Positions 8,832-18,818 of a DNA stretch of 64,000 bases are shown one piece after another (position 1 is the stretch's first letter; every line of letters begins with the position of its first letter). Both the position numbers and the translations under genes were made by a program. The notes beneath the pieces were generated by a model. It had not been told where the DNA came from. It saw only the letters and a program-made list of their open reading frames with translations, and did not search any database. Source of the DNA: an uncultured Candidatus Rokubacteria bacterium (GTDB lineage Bacteria > Methylomirabilota > Methylomirabilia > Rokubacteriales > DASRDR01); NCBI GenBank assembly GCA_963805625.1, contig CAWDVE010000019.1:320001-384000 (forward strand), given 5' to 3'.

Positions 8832-10397
8832 GTGACCGTGGCGAAGGACCACCAGGTCCGGTCGCTCCTCGATGACCTCCGGCGCCCGGAGGCCTATCCA
8901 ATCCCTCGACCCTCCGAGGTCACGCCGGTCACCACACACATCTCCTGGGTCTTCCTCACCGATCGGGAAGTCTGGAAGCTCAAGCGCCCCGTCGATTACG
9001 GGTTCGTGAACTACGCGACGCTCGAGCGGCGCCGGCGCTGCTGCGAGGACGAGGTTCGCCTGAACCGGCGGCTGGCCCCTGACGTCTATCTCGGCGTCGT
9101 TCCCGTCCGGCTCGGTCCGGATGGCCACTGGTTCGGGGCCGAGGGCGACATCGTCGACTACGCCGTCCGCATGCGGCGACTCGCGGACGAATGCAGTGCG
9201 GAGGCGCTACTCCGCCGGGATGCGCTGACACCGGATCACCTCACGCGCCTGGCGGCACGGCTCGCCCGCTTCTTCGTCGACGCGGTCCCTGCGCCTGAGG
9301 CGGGCGCGGTCGAGGCCATTCGCGAAAACCTCGTCGAGAACTTCGCGCAGGTGGAGCCATTTGTTGGGCGGTTCGTGTCGCGGGGCACGTTCGATGCCGT
9401 GCGGGCATGGCAGTTCGGGATCCTGGAGCGGCAATCGGGCCGGTTCCACGGGCGGGTCGAGCAGGGAAGGATCCGTGACGGACACGGCGATCTCCGGCTC
9501 GAGCACGTGTACTTCGAGAGTGCCGAGCCGATCGTCATCGACTGCGTCGAGTTCAACGAGCGGCTCCGAAGCGGGGACACGGCCGCCGACGTGTCCTTCC
9601 TCGCCATGGAGCTGACCGCCCGTTCGCGATCCGATCTCGCCGAGGTGTTCCTGGCCGCCTTCGCGCTGGAAGCCGACGACCACGACCTCTACGGTGTCGT
9701 CGACTTCTACATCGGGTATCGCGCCTGGGTGCGCGGGAAGGTCGCCGCTTTCCTGGCCGTCGACCCGTCCACGCCGCCGGAGAAGGCGGTCCGGAAGGCC
9801 GAGGAGGCGCGGTCCCTGTTCGATCTCGCCCGGTCCTACGCGGGGGCTCGGACCGGCGCCCCGCCGGTTATCGCGGTCGGCGGGCTGATCGGCAGCGGCA
9901 AGAGCACCCTGGCGGAGGCGCTCGGGCGGTCCCGGGGCGTTCCTGTCGTCTCGTCGGACCGGGTCCGGAAGGCGTTGGCAGGGGTCCGCGCCACCGACCC
10001 TGCGCCGTCGGACGCCTACTCGGCGGCGTTCTCGACGCGGACGTTCGACGAAATGTTCCGAAGGGCCGCCGTGGTACTGGACTCGGGGCGCGGCGTTGTC
10101 CTGGACGCGACGTTTCGCGAGCGTACGCTCCGGCTCCGCGCCCGGGACCTGGCCCGGCGCCACGGACGGCGGTTTCTGTTCGCCGAGACGGTTTGTGACG
10201 AGGCCACGCTCCGGGAGCGGCTTCGCCGGCGGGCAGCCGGCCCGTCGATCTCGGACGCCGGGGAAGCCCTGCTCGAACGCATGCGCGCGGAATTCGAGTC
10301 CGTCACCGAGCTCGGCGTTGGCGAGCACGTCCGCGTCGACACGACGGGACCGCCGGAAGTGGCGGCGCACGCCGCCCTGGGGGGCCTTCCCGCCTGA
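8832..10397 (+). CDS. Bifunctional aminoglycoside-phosphotransferase-like/P-loop kinase (Rv2004c-like); start approximate
   Basis: THISWVFLT, KLKRPVDYGF, RDGHGDLRLEH, IDCVEFN, then GLIGSGKST and LDATF. Confidence 0.88.
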   Translation: MTVAKDHQVRSLLDDLRRPEAYPIPRPSEVTPVTTHISWVFLTDREVWKLKRPVDYGFVNYATLERRRRCCEDEVRLNRRLAPDVYLGVVPVRLGPDGHWFGAEGDIVDYAVRMRRLADECSAEALLRRDALTPDHLTRLAARLARFFVDAVPAPEAGAVEAIRENLVENFAQVEPFVGRFVSRGTFDAVRAWQFGILERQSGRFHGRVEQGRIRDGHGDLRLEHVYFESAEPIVIDCVEFNERLRSGDTAADVSFLAMELTARSRSDLAEVFLAAFALEADDHDLYGVVDFYIGYRAWVRGKVAAFLAVDPSTPPEKAVRKAEEARSLFDLARSYAGARTGAPPVIAVGGLIGSGKSTLAEALGRSRGVPVVSSDRVRKALAGVRATDPAPSDAYSAAFSTRTFDEMFRRAAVVLDSGRGVVLDATFRERTLRLRARDLARRHGRRFLFAETVCDEATLRERLRRRAAGPSISDAGEALLERMRAEFESVTELGVGEHVRVDTTGPPEVAAHAALGGLPA

Positions 10398-10470
10398 CGT
10401 TCCCCCGGGCGGGCCGAACCGGCCGCCGCCGGTCCTGGCCGTGCTACCCTGATTCCTCGGTGGGCGCGCT

Positions 10471-11853
10471 ATGAACACGAAACCGCGAGTGCTGATCGTG
10501 GACGACGAGCCCGACGTCGTCGCCAACTGGGCTCGGTTGCTCGGCCGAGAGGACTATCCCTGCGTCACCGCGACCGACGGTGAGCGAGCGCTGGCGCTCC
10601 TCGAGAGCGAGCGCCCGGACGTTGTCCTCACCGATCTCAAGATGCCCCGGGTGGATGGAATGCAGGTTCTCGCCCGCGCCCTCGAGCTCGATCCCGACGT
10701 CGTCGTGATCATGATCACTGGCCACGGGACGGTCGAGTCGGCGGTCGAGGCCATGCGGGCGGGAGCGTTCGACTACCTGCTGAAGCCACTGCCTTCCAAC
10801 GACGTGCTCCGCCTGGCCGTCGAGCGCGCGGCCGAACGGCGCCGTCTGATCGAGGAGAATCGCCGGCTGCGGGAGCCGCTCGCGTCGCGCGCGGGTTTCG
10901 ACCAGGTCATCGGCAAGAGCCCGGTGATGACGGCAGTGTTCGACCTCGTCCGGAAGGCTGCCCGGTCCGAGGCCAACATCCTGATCCAGGGAGAATCCGG
11001 AACCGGGAAGGAGCTGATCGCCCGGGCGATCCACGCCCAGAGCGCCCGGGCCGCCGAGGTGTTCGTTCCCGTGGACTGCGCCGCGCTGCCCGATGCGCTG
11101 CTCGAGTCCGAGCTGTTCGGTCACGAGCGCGGCGCGTTCACCGGCGCGGATCGCACCAAGCCCGGGATGATCGAGGTTGCCGACCGGGGCACGCTCTTCC
11201 TCGACGAGATCGGCGAGCTGCCCCAAGCGCTCCAGTCCAAGCTCCTCCGGGCGCTTCAGGAGCGGCAGATCCGTCGCGTCGGCGGGACCAAGTTCGTCAA
11301 CGTGGACATCCGTCTCGTGTCCGCGACCAATCGAGACACCGCGGAGCTCGTCCGGAAGGGCGAGTTCCGCGACGACCTCTTCTACCGCGTCAACGTGATC
11401 ACGATCATGTTGCCGCCTCTCCGCGAACGGGCGGGTGACGTGGGGCTTCTCGCGCACCATTTCCTTCGCCGCTACGGGCGGAACCGCGAGCAGCCGCTCG
11501 AGGGCATCGAGCCGGAGGCGCTCGCGCGCCTGGAGGCCCACGCGTGGCCTGGCAATGTGCGCGAGCTCCAGAACGTGATCGAGCGCGCCTGCGTCCTGAC
11601 GGACGGACCGATGATCCGCGTCCGGGATCTTCCCGATCACGTCCGCGGGCGAGGTCGTCCGGCACCCGCGATTCCAGGCAAGGACCTACCCCTGGCCCAG
11701 GCCCGCGAGGCCTGGCTCCAAGCATTCGCTCAGGGGTACCTCACCGATCTGCTTCGACGACACGGGGGGAACATCTCGCAGGCCGCGAAGACGGCGGGCG
11801 TCGACCGGAAGACGCTTCATCGCCTGCTGGCCAAACACGGGATCAAGGCGTGA
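10471..11853 (+). CDS. Sigma-54-dependent response regulator (NtrC family: REC-AAA+-Fis HTH)
   Basis: Receiver, GESGTGKE, ELFGHERGAFTGA, LFLDEIGE, WPGNVREL, GNISQAAKTAGVDRKTLHRLL. Confidence 0.96.
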   Translation: MNTKPRVLIVDDEPDVVANWARLLGREDYPCVTATDGERALALLESERPDVVLTDLKMPRVDGMQVLARALELDPDVVVIMITGHGTVESAVEAMRAGAFDYLLKPLPSNDVLRLAVERAAERRRLIEENRRLREPLASRAGFDQVIGKSPVMTAVFDLVRKAARSEANILIQGESGTGKELIARAIHAQSARAAEVFVPVDCAALPDALLESELFGHERGAFTGADRTKPGMIEVADRGTLFLDEIGELPQALQSKLLRALQERQIRRVGGTKFVNVDIRLVSATNRDTAELVRKGEFRDDLFYRVNVITIMLPPLRERAGDVGLLAHHFLRRYGRNREQPLEGIEPEALARLEAHAWPGNVRELQNVIERACVLTDGPMIRVRDLPDHVRGRGRPAPAIPGKDLPLAQAREAWLQAFAQGYLTDLLRRHGGNISQAAKTAGVDRKTLHRLLAKHGIKA

Positions 11854-11997
11854 AGGTCTGAAGCGTCGCACCAGCGATCCCGCCATCCTCTCAGGACGTA
11901 GGCGCTCAACACCCGCATCCAGCTCGCCCGTTCGAAGCCGTCGCGCCGAGGTCATCGCCATCATCGCCTTGGCCGTGCGACGGTACGGCCGGCCGGC

Positions 11998-12813
11998 TCA
12001 GAAGTCGAGCTCGGTGAGGTCGGTCGCCAGCCCGACGGGCCCGCCGAACGCCGCGGCTGCTTCTGCTCGCATGGGTTCCACCAGTGCCTCGTTGGGTATG
12101 TGTGTGAGCACCAGCCGGCCAACCGCCGCCGCTCTCGCGGCGCGCCCGACGTCGTCCGCCGTCGAGTGTCCCAGGCGATGGACCTCGACGCGGTGCTCAT
12201 CCAGCCCCCCTGCTTCGTGGATCAGCACGTCAACACCCTGGGCGACCTCGATGAGCCGGGGAACCGGCCGCGTGTCACCGCTGTATGCGAGCCGTACGCC
12301 ATCGAGCTCGACGAGGCATCCCATCGCTCCGCCTTCGACCGGCAGATGGTCGACCAGGAATGTGGTCAGGCGCGCGCCTCCCCGCAACGGAGCGACGGCC
12401 CCGTCGACCATCGGGACGAGCTGGAGGCTGTCCCCCAGGAGCCGAGGGACCGCACTGGCAACGGCATCGAGCAGCACCCGGATGTCTCCGATGATGCGCG
12501 GCTCCGCGTATACGCGGGTCGGCTCGGTCGGTGCGCGACCGCGTTGACGCAGGCTTTGGATCGCGCTCCACAAGAGCAGCGGCTCGAGGCCCCCCACGTG
12601 ATCCACGTGCTGGTGGCTTACGAAGATGTCCCGGACCTGGTCGGGCGCAAATCCGCTCGCCAGTATTTGGCGGACAACGTCCATGCCGTTGCCGGTATCG
12701 AGGAGAACCCGTCCGCCCTGGGAGTCGTCTCCCCACGTGAGCAGCAGGCACGCCTGATGCCGCTCGGCATTCGCAGCGCCTCCCGTGCCCAGAAGTCGAA
12801 GCGACAGGGCCAC
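11998..12813 (-). CDS. Metallo-beta-lactamase-fold hydrolase, RNase Z/BN-like
   Basis: LLGTGG, LLDTG, SHQHVDHVGG, YSGDT, HEA, HST, LTHI; GTG start after GGAGG. Confidence 0.82.
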   Translation of the reverse strand: MALSLRLLGTGGAANAERHQACLLLTWGDDSQGGRVLLDTGNGMDVVRQILASGFAPDQVRDIFVSHQHVDHVGGLEPLLLWSAIQSLRQRGRAPTEPTRVYAEPRIIGDIRVLLDAVASAVPRLLGDSLQLVPMVDGAVAPLRGGARLTTFLVDHLPVEGGAMGCLVELDGVRLAYSGDTRPVPRLIEVAQGVDVLIHEAGGLDEHRVEVHRLGHSTADDVGRAARAAAVGRLVLTHIPNEALVEPMRAEAAAAFGGPVGLATDLTELDF

Positions 12814-13094
12814 TGCCACGTCCTCCCCTATCGGTCTGGCCGACTGCCGTGGGGCGCGGTAGACGCGAAGCACGCCGGTCAGATACACGGTGGTCGGGCG
12901 ATTGCAGAACCCGGACATGCACGACGCTCGCCTGGCAGCGCCGGCGAGCATGATGACGTCACCGCCAGATCGTCAGCCTGGATCCGGAGCTTGTGTCGGA
13001 GGCTAGCCCGGGGAGTGCGAGCGTGTCAAGCGTGCGTCGGCCGCGCAGATGGTTCGGGCCGTGACGGCATCGTGCCGAGCGGCGGAGTTGGCCG

Positions 13095-14406
13095 CTAGAG
13101 GTTCCCGAGGATCTCGTCGAAGCCCGGCTGGCCTACTTCCTCGACATCGTAGCGCACGCGAACCACCGGCTGACGGAGTGCGAGAACCCGGCCGAGATCG
13201 ATCGGCGTCCCCAGAAGCACGAAATCGCATGGCACCGCGTCGATCGTGGCGTGGAGGTCGGCCATCTGCTGGGCGCTGTAGCCGACGGCCGGGAGGACGG
13301 GTCCGAGCATCGGGTAATCGCGGAACACCCGCTGGATGCTGCCCCGGGCGTACGGGCGAGGGTCGACCAGGATCGCGCCGAATCGTCGGGCCGCCAGCTC
13401 AGCCGCCCCCGCCGGCAGGCCGCCGTGCGTCAGCGTAGGGCCGTCGTCGACGGCAAGCACCCGGCGGCCCCGGAGCCGCTCGGGGGCCTCGACCCGGGGG
13501 GGGGAGCCGAGTGTCGACCAACCGGGCGCGCGGATTGAGGGTTCGGGCCGCCACCTTGACCGTCTCAATTTGACTAGGGTCGGCGCTGTCCTCCTTGACG
13601 ATGACGACGACATCGGCCAGGCGGAGGTTCGTTTCCCCGGGATGGAATCGGGACTCGTGTCCGGCTCGGTGAGGATCGAGCAGGCACAGATGGAGCGTGG
13701 GAACGAAGAAGGGGAAGTCGTTGTTCCCGCCGTCCCAGACGATGACGTCCGTCTCGGCTTCCACGCGCGCCAAGATCGCCGCGTAGTCGACGCCGGCCCA
13801 CACGACGACCCCCGTCTCGAGATGCGGCTCGTACTCTTCGCGTTCCTCCAGCGTCACGCCCGCGCGGTCGAGGTCCGCGAGCGTGGCGAACCGCTGGACG
13901 CGCTGGGCGGCGAGATCGCCGTATGGCATCGGGTGGCGGACGACCCCGACACGCCGCCCCCGCCCCCGGAGGATCTCCACGAGCCGTCGACTCACGGCGC
14001 CCTTCCCGCAGCCGGTCCGGACTGCCGTGACGGCGACGACGGGCCGCGCGGCGCGGAGCATGGTCCTCCGCGGTCCCAGTAGGGCGAAGTCGGCGCCGGC
14101 CGCCAGCGCGCGGCTCGCGAGGTGCATGACCTGCTCGTGACTGACATCGCTGTAGGCGAGCACCACGAGGTCCACGGCGTGCTCGCGGACCAGCCTGTCG
14201 AGGGCCTCTTCAGGCTCGATCGGGATGCCGCCCGGATAGCGCGGCCCGGCCAGCTCGGGCGGATAGCGGCGACCCGCGATGCCCGGGATCTGAGCGGCCG
14301 TGAAGGCCACGACCTCCGTCGCCGGGTCGTCCCAGTAGACGACGTTGAAGTTGTGGAAGTCCCGACCCGCGGCCCCCAGAATCAGAACGCGGATGGGCGA
14401 CGGCAC
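13095..14406 (-). pseudogene. Cyclic 2,3-diphosphoglycerate synthetase-like P-loop protein, frameshifted in a C9 run
   Basis: GAAGRDFHNFN, AVRTGCGK, RHPMPYGDL, WDGGNND in one frame; DGPTLTHGG, VDPRPYA in the next; removing one base from the run at 13496-13504 restores one ORF. Confidence 0.8.
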
Positions 14407-14418
14407 GGATTCAGGCGT

Positions 14419-15552
14419 TCACAAGGCGAATCGCAGGCGCGCGGCGACACCGCCCATCGCCCCCAGCGCCGCGTGCGCGTGAACCATCGTCACGGCTCCG
14501 CCGGCTGCGATCGTGCGGGTCACCATCGTCTCGCCGAGCTCGACCGCAGCGGTGGCCTGGTGGCACAGTCTGCACGTTGCCGCGTGTCCCGGCTGGAGCG
14601 CGGCGCATGCGGTGCAAGCCCGCCCCGGCTCCCGGAAGTCCCGGAGAAGATAGAGCCGGTCGACCGCCCCGCGTTGCACGGCCTCCAGGACTCCCTCCAG
14701 GCTCGCCACGGCACGGCCATCCTTGGCCGCCTCGGTCAGGAGGCCGTCGACGGCAGCCTTAACCTCTTGGTCGGCGACGCGGCCGATCAGCTCCGCGGCT
14801 CGGGCCACGAGCTCGTCCGCCGGCTCGTGCCGCTGCCCTGACACGACTCCCGCGACCCGCGCGGCGACCGTCGCCGGAAGGACCCGCCGGAAAGCGCCGG
14901 TGCTGTCCTGGCTCCCGGCGATGACGATGCGCTCGAGGCCATGCTTCGCCACGAGCCCGCCGAGCGCCTCAGCCACCGCGTCCAGATGCCGGTCGCGGCG
15001 TTCCTCGATGTGGCGCTGATAGTGGGCCAGGGCGAGCTGAGCCCAGCCGCCGCGACGGTGATGACCGGCGACGTCGCTGTCTAAGCGGATCTCCTCGCCG
15101 GGCCTGGCGTCGAGGACGGGGATCAGCCGCGCGCTCTCCGCATCGACGAACACCACCAGCATGGGCGGCGCGTCGGCCAGCGCGGAGGCGAGAGGACCGA
15201 GGAAGGGCCGGTCGCCCACGACAACCAAGTTCTCCAGGGCAGCCCGAACCGGGACCACCTCGCGGAGGCCGAGGCCGGGGCTGGGGCAGACGAAGAGTGC
15301 CACGCCCTGGGCGTCGGCATGGCTTGCCTGGCTGACGACTGCCTCCGCCTGCGCCTCGATCCAATCGAGGGCAGTCGCCAGACCCTCCACCAGGCCACCC
15401 TCGCGCGCCCGGCGGAGCTCGCCCTTGACGAAGAGCCGCGTGCGATCGCGCTGGTGCTCGTCCGTCCAACGCGTATTCAGGTAGACGCTCACCACTGGTG
15501 CACCGGTGTTTTCCAGCTTCGACAAACGGGCGATTCGCTCGGCAAGCGTCAT
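14419..15552 (-). CDS. Bacterial eRF1/aRF1-like release factor (baeRF/Vms1-like) with Zn-ribbon insert
   Basis: PVVSVYL, GHHRRGGWAQ..YQRH catalytic-loop-like motif, CTAC..CRLC, C-terminal GGVAARLRF. Confidence 0.82.
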   Translation of the reverse strand: MTLAERIARLSKLENTGAPVVSVYLNTRWTDEHQRDRTRLFVKGELRRAREGGLVEGLATALDWIEAQAEAVVSQASHADAQGVALFVCPSPGLGLREVVPVRAALENLVVVGDRPFLGPLASALADAPPMLVVFVDAESARLIPVLDARPGEEIRLDSDVAGHHRRGGWAQLALAHYQRHIEERRDRHLDAVAEALGGLVAKHGLERIVIAGSQDSTGAFRRVLPATVAARVAGVVSGQRHEPADELVARAAELIGRVADQEVKAAVDGLLTEAAKDGRAVASLEGVLEAVQRGAVDRLYLLRDFREPGRACTACAALQPGHAATCRLCHQATAAVELGETMVTRTIAAGGAVTMVHAHAALGAMGGVAARLRFAL

Positions 15553-15727
15553 AGTGTGGGGCACCTTGGGGCCCCTCTTGGCTCGTAAGCGGACGGGCGC
15601 TACCTGTTCTCGACCGTCGGTGCCGACAGGATAGCGGGGAGTGTCCAGCCACCTATGACGATGAAGGGCCGGGACTCACTCCCCGCACTTGCGACCGTCA
15701 TCCCGTCGACACCGCCATGATCGCCGC

Positions 15728-16165
15728 CTACTCGGCCTTGATCGGGATGGTCGTTCCCTTCGCGGTGGGGGCCTTCGGCAAGGTCACCGTGAGAAGCCCG
15801 TTCTTGAAGCTGGCCGTGACCTTCGATCCGTCGACCGATGCCGGAAGCCGGACTGCCCGGACGAAGGCGCCGTATGATCGCTCGGCCCGATAGTAGTGCT
15901 CGTCCTTCTCCTCCTTCTCCTGCCTCTTCTCGCCCTTGAGGGTGAGGAGCTGGTCCTGCAGGGAGAGCTGGATCTCCTTGGGATCCATCCCCGGGACCTC
16001 GGCTTTCACCATCACGGCATCCTTCGTCTCGGAGACGTCCAGGGCGGGGGCCCACTCACCCATCGAGGGAAGCTGTGGGAAGTCCCCCTCCCAGAACCTG
16101 TCGAACAACCGATCCATTTCCTTCTTCATCGTCGACAGCCCCGTCCACGGTGTCAGTGCACGCAT
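15728..16165 (-). CDS. Small heat shock protein (Hsp20)
   Basis: WAPALDVSET, AEVPGM, ERSYGAFVR, FKNGLLTVTLPK; RBS AAGGAGGAG. Confidence 0.95.
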   Translation of the reverse strand: MRALTPWTGLSTMKKEMDRLFDRFWEGDFPQLPSMGEWAPALDVSETKDAVMVKAEVPGMDPKEIQLSLQDQLLTLKGEKRQEKEEKDEHYYRAERSYGAFVRAVRLPASVDGSKVTASFKNGLLTVTLPKAPTAKGTTIPIKAE

Positions 16166-16223
16166 GGTCTGCTCCTCCTTCTACTTTGCTACCTTGGTGT
16201 TCTAATCGGTCACTAGGAAACGG

Positions 16224-16239
16224 AGCAACTGCAATGCCA
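16224..16239 (-). promoter_or_regulatory. Sigma-54 promoter for hsp20 operon
   Basis: TGGCAT-TGCAG-TTGCT. Confidence 0.85.
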
Positions 16240-16292
16240 GAGGAGAAGGGCCTGCCGGATCGTGGGTTATGCGGCGGTCCCCCCGCCGAGGG

Positions 16293-16330
16293 TGGGGCAT
16301 CGGCTGGCCTGGTGGGGCGCTCCCGCCCCA
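16293..16330. promoter_or_regulatory. Tandem enhancer boxes
   Basis: TGGGGC half-site (16293) and perfect TGGGGC-GCTCCC-GCCCCA (16313). Confidence 0.75.
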
Positions 16331-16881
16331 TGAGGCCCGTCACCCTGACAGACGGCACCGAGGTCGCCTTACGCCCGATCCGTCCCGAGGACGAATCCGC
16401 CCTGACGGCCCTCTACGAGCGTCTGAGCCCGCAGACGGCCTACCAGCGGTTCTTCACGGTGATGCGTCGGCTGCCACCGGACTGGGCGCACATCCTGGCC
16501 AACGTGGACTACGATCGACGAATGGCGATCGCCGCCATCGGTCCGGAGGGCGACCTGATCGGGGTCGCGCGGTACGCCTACGACGAGCGGGCTCAGGAGG
16601 CCGAGATCGCCATCGTCATCGAGGATCGGTGGCAGGGTCGGGGCCTCGGGAAACGGCTGCTCGGCGAGCTGATCGGCTACGCGGAGGGCATGGGGATTCG
16701 CCGCCTCCGGGCCTATGTCCTCGGCGACAACCTGCGCATGCTCAAGCTCATCCGGCGGGTCACAACGATCGTGGATCGGAAGCTGGAGTCCGGGGTGCTT
16801 TCCTTGCTCTTGGCACCGCTCGGGCGTCCCGAACCGGCCCTCGATCCGGGCGGCGCCTCGATCCCCCCGACGGCACCCTGA
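16330..16881 (+). CDS. GNAT acetyltransferase, Pat-type stand-alone domain
   Basis: LRPIRPED, LSPQTAYQRFF, VDYDRRMA, IGVARY, EIAIVIEDRWQGRGLG, DNLRML. Confidence 0.88.
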   Translation: MRPVTLTDGTEVALRPIRPEDESALTALYERLSPQTAYQRFFTVMRRLPPDWAHILANVDYDRRMAIAAIGPEGDLIGVARYAYDERAQEAEIAIVIEDRWQGRGLGKRLLGELIGYAEGMGIRRLRAYVLGDNLRMLKLIRRVTTIVDRKLESGVLSLLLAPLGRPEPALDPGGASIPPTAP

Positions 16882-16935
16882 CCTCGAGGTGGCCCGGCAC
16901 GCTCGCGTTGCCGGTTCGAATGAGGTGTGGACGCC

Positions 16936-18645
16936 TTATGCGGGTCCTGGGAGGTCCTCCAGGATGGGGAAGCTGAGGGTGAACGTCGCGCCCCGGCCAG
17001 CGACGGAATGGACGTCGATGGTCCCGAGATGGTTCTGGACGATCCCGTAGCTCACCGCGAGCCCGAGCCCGGTTCCCGAGGGCTTGGTCGTGTAGAACGG
17101 CTCGAACAGGTGCGGGAGGTGCTCCGGGGAGATCCCGGGCCCCGTGTCCGTCACGATGAGACGCACCCGCCCGGACCGCACCGGATCGCGTCCAGTCTGG
17201 ATGCAGATCTCCCCTCCGCCCGTCAGTGCTTCCCGCGCGTTCGTCAGGAGGTTCAGCAAAACCTGCTGGAGCGCGTTGGCGTCCCCGGGGAGCGACGGGA
17301 GGGGCTGGTCGAGCAGCGTCGTGATGCGAACGTTGTCCGTGCTCATGGGCTTGCCCACGAGGAGGAGCGTCTCCGCGACGACCGTGTTCAGATCGACCGG
17401 GCGCCGCTCGCCGGTGGACTGGCGGGCGAACGACCGGAGGGCCTGGGCGACGCCCGCCACGCGCAGCACGTTGCGGTGGATCACCTTCAAGTCCTCGAGA
17501 TGCTGGTCCGGGAAGGTGTGGCCCTCCGCCTCGCCCAGCATCAGCTCGATCCGTGACGAGATGATGCCCAAGGGGTTGTTCATCTCGTGGGCGACCCCGG
17601 CCACGAGACGGCCGAGGGCGCTGAGCTTCTCAGTCTGATAGAGTACCTCGCGCTGGTGCCGGAGCTCCACCTCGACGCGTCGGTGAGAGAGGTGCTGGCC
17701 GATCCGGCTGCCGATGTCGGTCAGCATGGCGAGGAGCGCTTCATCCGGCTCACGCGAGTCCTGGGTCAGGAGCACCATGACGCCGGTCAAGGTGTGCTCG
17801 CTCTGGATCGGGAAGGCGCAGCCCGACGTCAGCCCGATCTGGGCCGCCGCCGCCGCGCGGCCGCCGGTGAGGCGATCGCCCGGCGCCGCCCAGCATGCGC
17901 GCCCGGTGTCCCAGGCCCGACCGGCCAGCCCCCTCCGGCGTGACAAGACAGTCTCGCGGCTGACCGCGTCGAATTCCGTTGTGTCCAGGTCCGGGCGATG
18001 CCACCCGGAATCGTACCGGAGGGCATCGCCCTCCACGCGCCACAGCTCGCCAACATCCCAGTCGAGGTTCTCGCACAGCGCCTGGAGGAGGCGCGGCGCG
18101 AGTCCCTCCGTTTCGGAGGGTTCGGCGAACACACGCGTCACCATGAACTCCGCCTGCAGTCGCCGCTCTGCGTTCCTGCGCGGCGTGATGTCGGTGACGA
18201 AGCCGAGTGCGAGACGACCTTCCTCCGCCTCGATGAAGCTCAGGCTGATCTCGACGGGGAATTCACGGCCGTCCTTGCGGCGGGCCATGAGATCGAGGCC
18301 GAGTCCCATGGGCCGGACCCGGGGTTCTATAAAGAAGCCGGCGCGGTGCTGCACGTGACTGGCCCGGATGCGCTCGGGCAGGAGGGTCTCCAGAGGCAGG
18401 CCCGGAAGCTCGCCGCGTGCATACCCGAACATCTGTTCCAGTCGACCGTTGGCCCGCACGATCAGGCCTGCGTGATCGACGATGACGATGCCGAGAGGAG
18501 AACTCTCCAGGACGGCATCGGCCTGCATTGAGGGGTCGTGGAACATCCCCTCCGGAGACGCTCCGGGCTGAGCTCCACTCGCGCCGCGCCGCTGGCGCCC
18601 GGCCGGCCTGGACGCCTCTCGTACCTTCGGCTTGCCGTTAGGCAT
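16936..18645 (-). CDS. PAS-GAF sensor histidine kinase (NtrB-like transmitter; FixL-like PAS); start uncertain
   Basis: PAS (MFGY..LLPERIRASH..RRKDGREFPVEISLS), GAF, H-box AHEMNNPL, NLLTNA, DTGPGI, FEPFYTTK, GTGLGL; no TM helices seen. Confidence 0.92.
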   Translation of the reverse strand: MPNGKPKVREASRPAGRQRRGASGAQPGASPEGMFHDPSMQADAVLESSPLGIVIVDHAGLIVRANGRLEQMFGYARGELPGLPLETLLPERIRASHVQHRAGFFIEPRVRPMGLGLDLMARRKDGREFPVEISLSFIEAEEGRLALGFVTDITPRRNAERRLQAEFMVTRVFAEPSETEGLAPRLLQALCENLDWDVGELWRVEGDALRYDSGWHRPDLDTTEFDAVSRETVLSRRRGLAGRAWDTGRACWAAPGDRLTGGRAAAAAQIGLTSGCAFPIQSEHTLTGVMVLLTQDSREPDEALLAMLTDIGSRIGQHLSHRRVEVELRHQREVLYQTEKLSALGRLVAGVAHEMNNPLGIISSRIELMLGEAEGHTFPDQHLEDLKVIHRNVLRVAGVAQALRSFARQSTGERRPVDLNTVVAETLLLVGKPMSTDNVRITTLLDQPLPSLPGDANALQQVLLNLLTNAREALTGGGEICIQTGRDPVRSGRVRLIVTDTGPGISPEHLPHLFEPFYTTKPSGTGLGLAVSYGIVQNHLGTIDVHSVAGRGATFTLSFPILEDLPGPA

Positions 18646-18719
18646 CCCGCCGCCATTCTTCCGGGTGGCCGGGGCCGCGTCAAGTCCGGATGGCTAAGCG
18701 CGGCTCCCATCCGCTCCTG

Positions 18720-18757
18720 TGTGGCATGCGCGCCTCGATCCGGGCGATGACGCCCCA
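18720..18757. promoter_or_regulatory. Tandem enhancer boxes
   Basis: TGTGGC-ATGCGC-GCCTCG (18720) and CCGGGC-GATGAC-GCCCCA (18740). Confidence 0.6.
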
Positions 18758-18818
18758 ATGCTCGGGGCCCGGCATCGGCCGGCCGGGGGGGCGGAGAGCT
18801 GAATGGCCCGATAACCGT

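Noticed and set aside
15557-15575. TGGGGC...GGCCCC near the release-factor start
   Set aside because: Spacer is not 6 bp and there is no associated -24/-12 element
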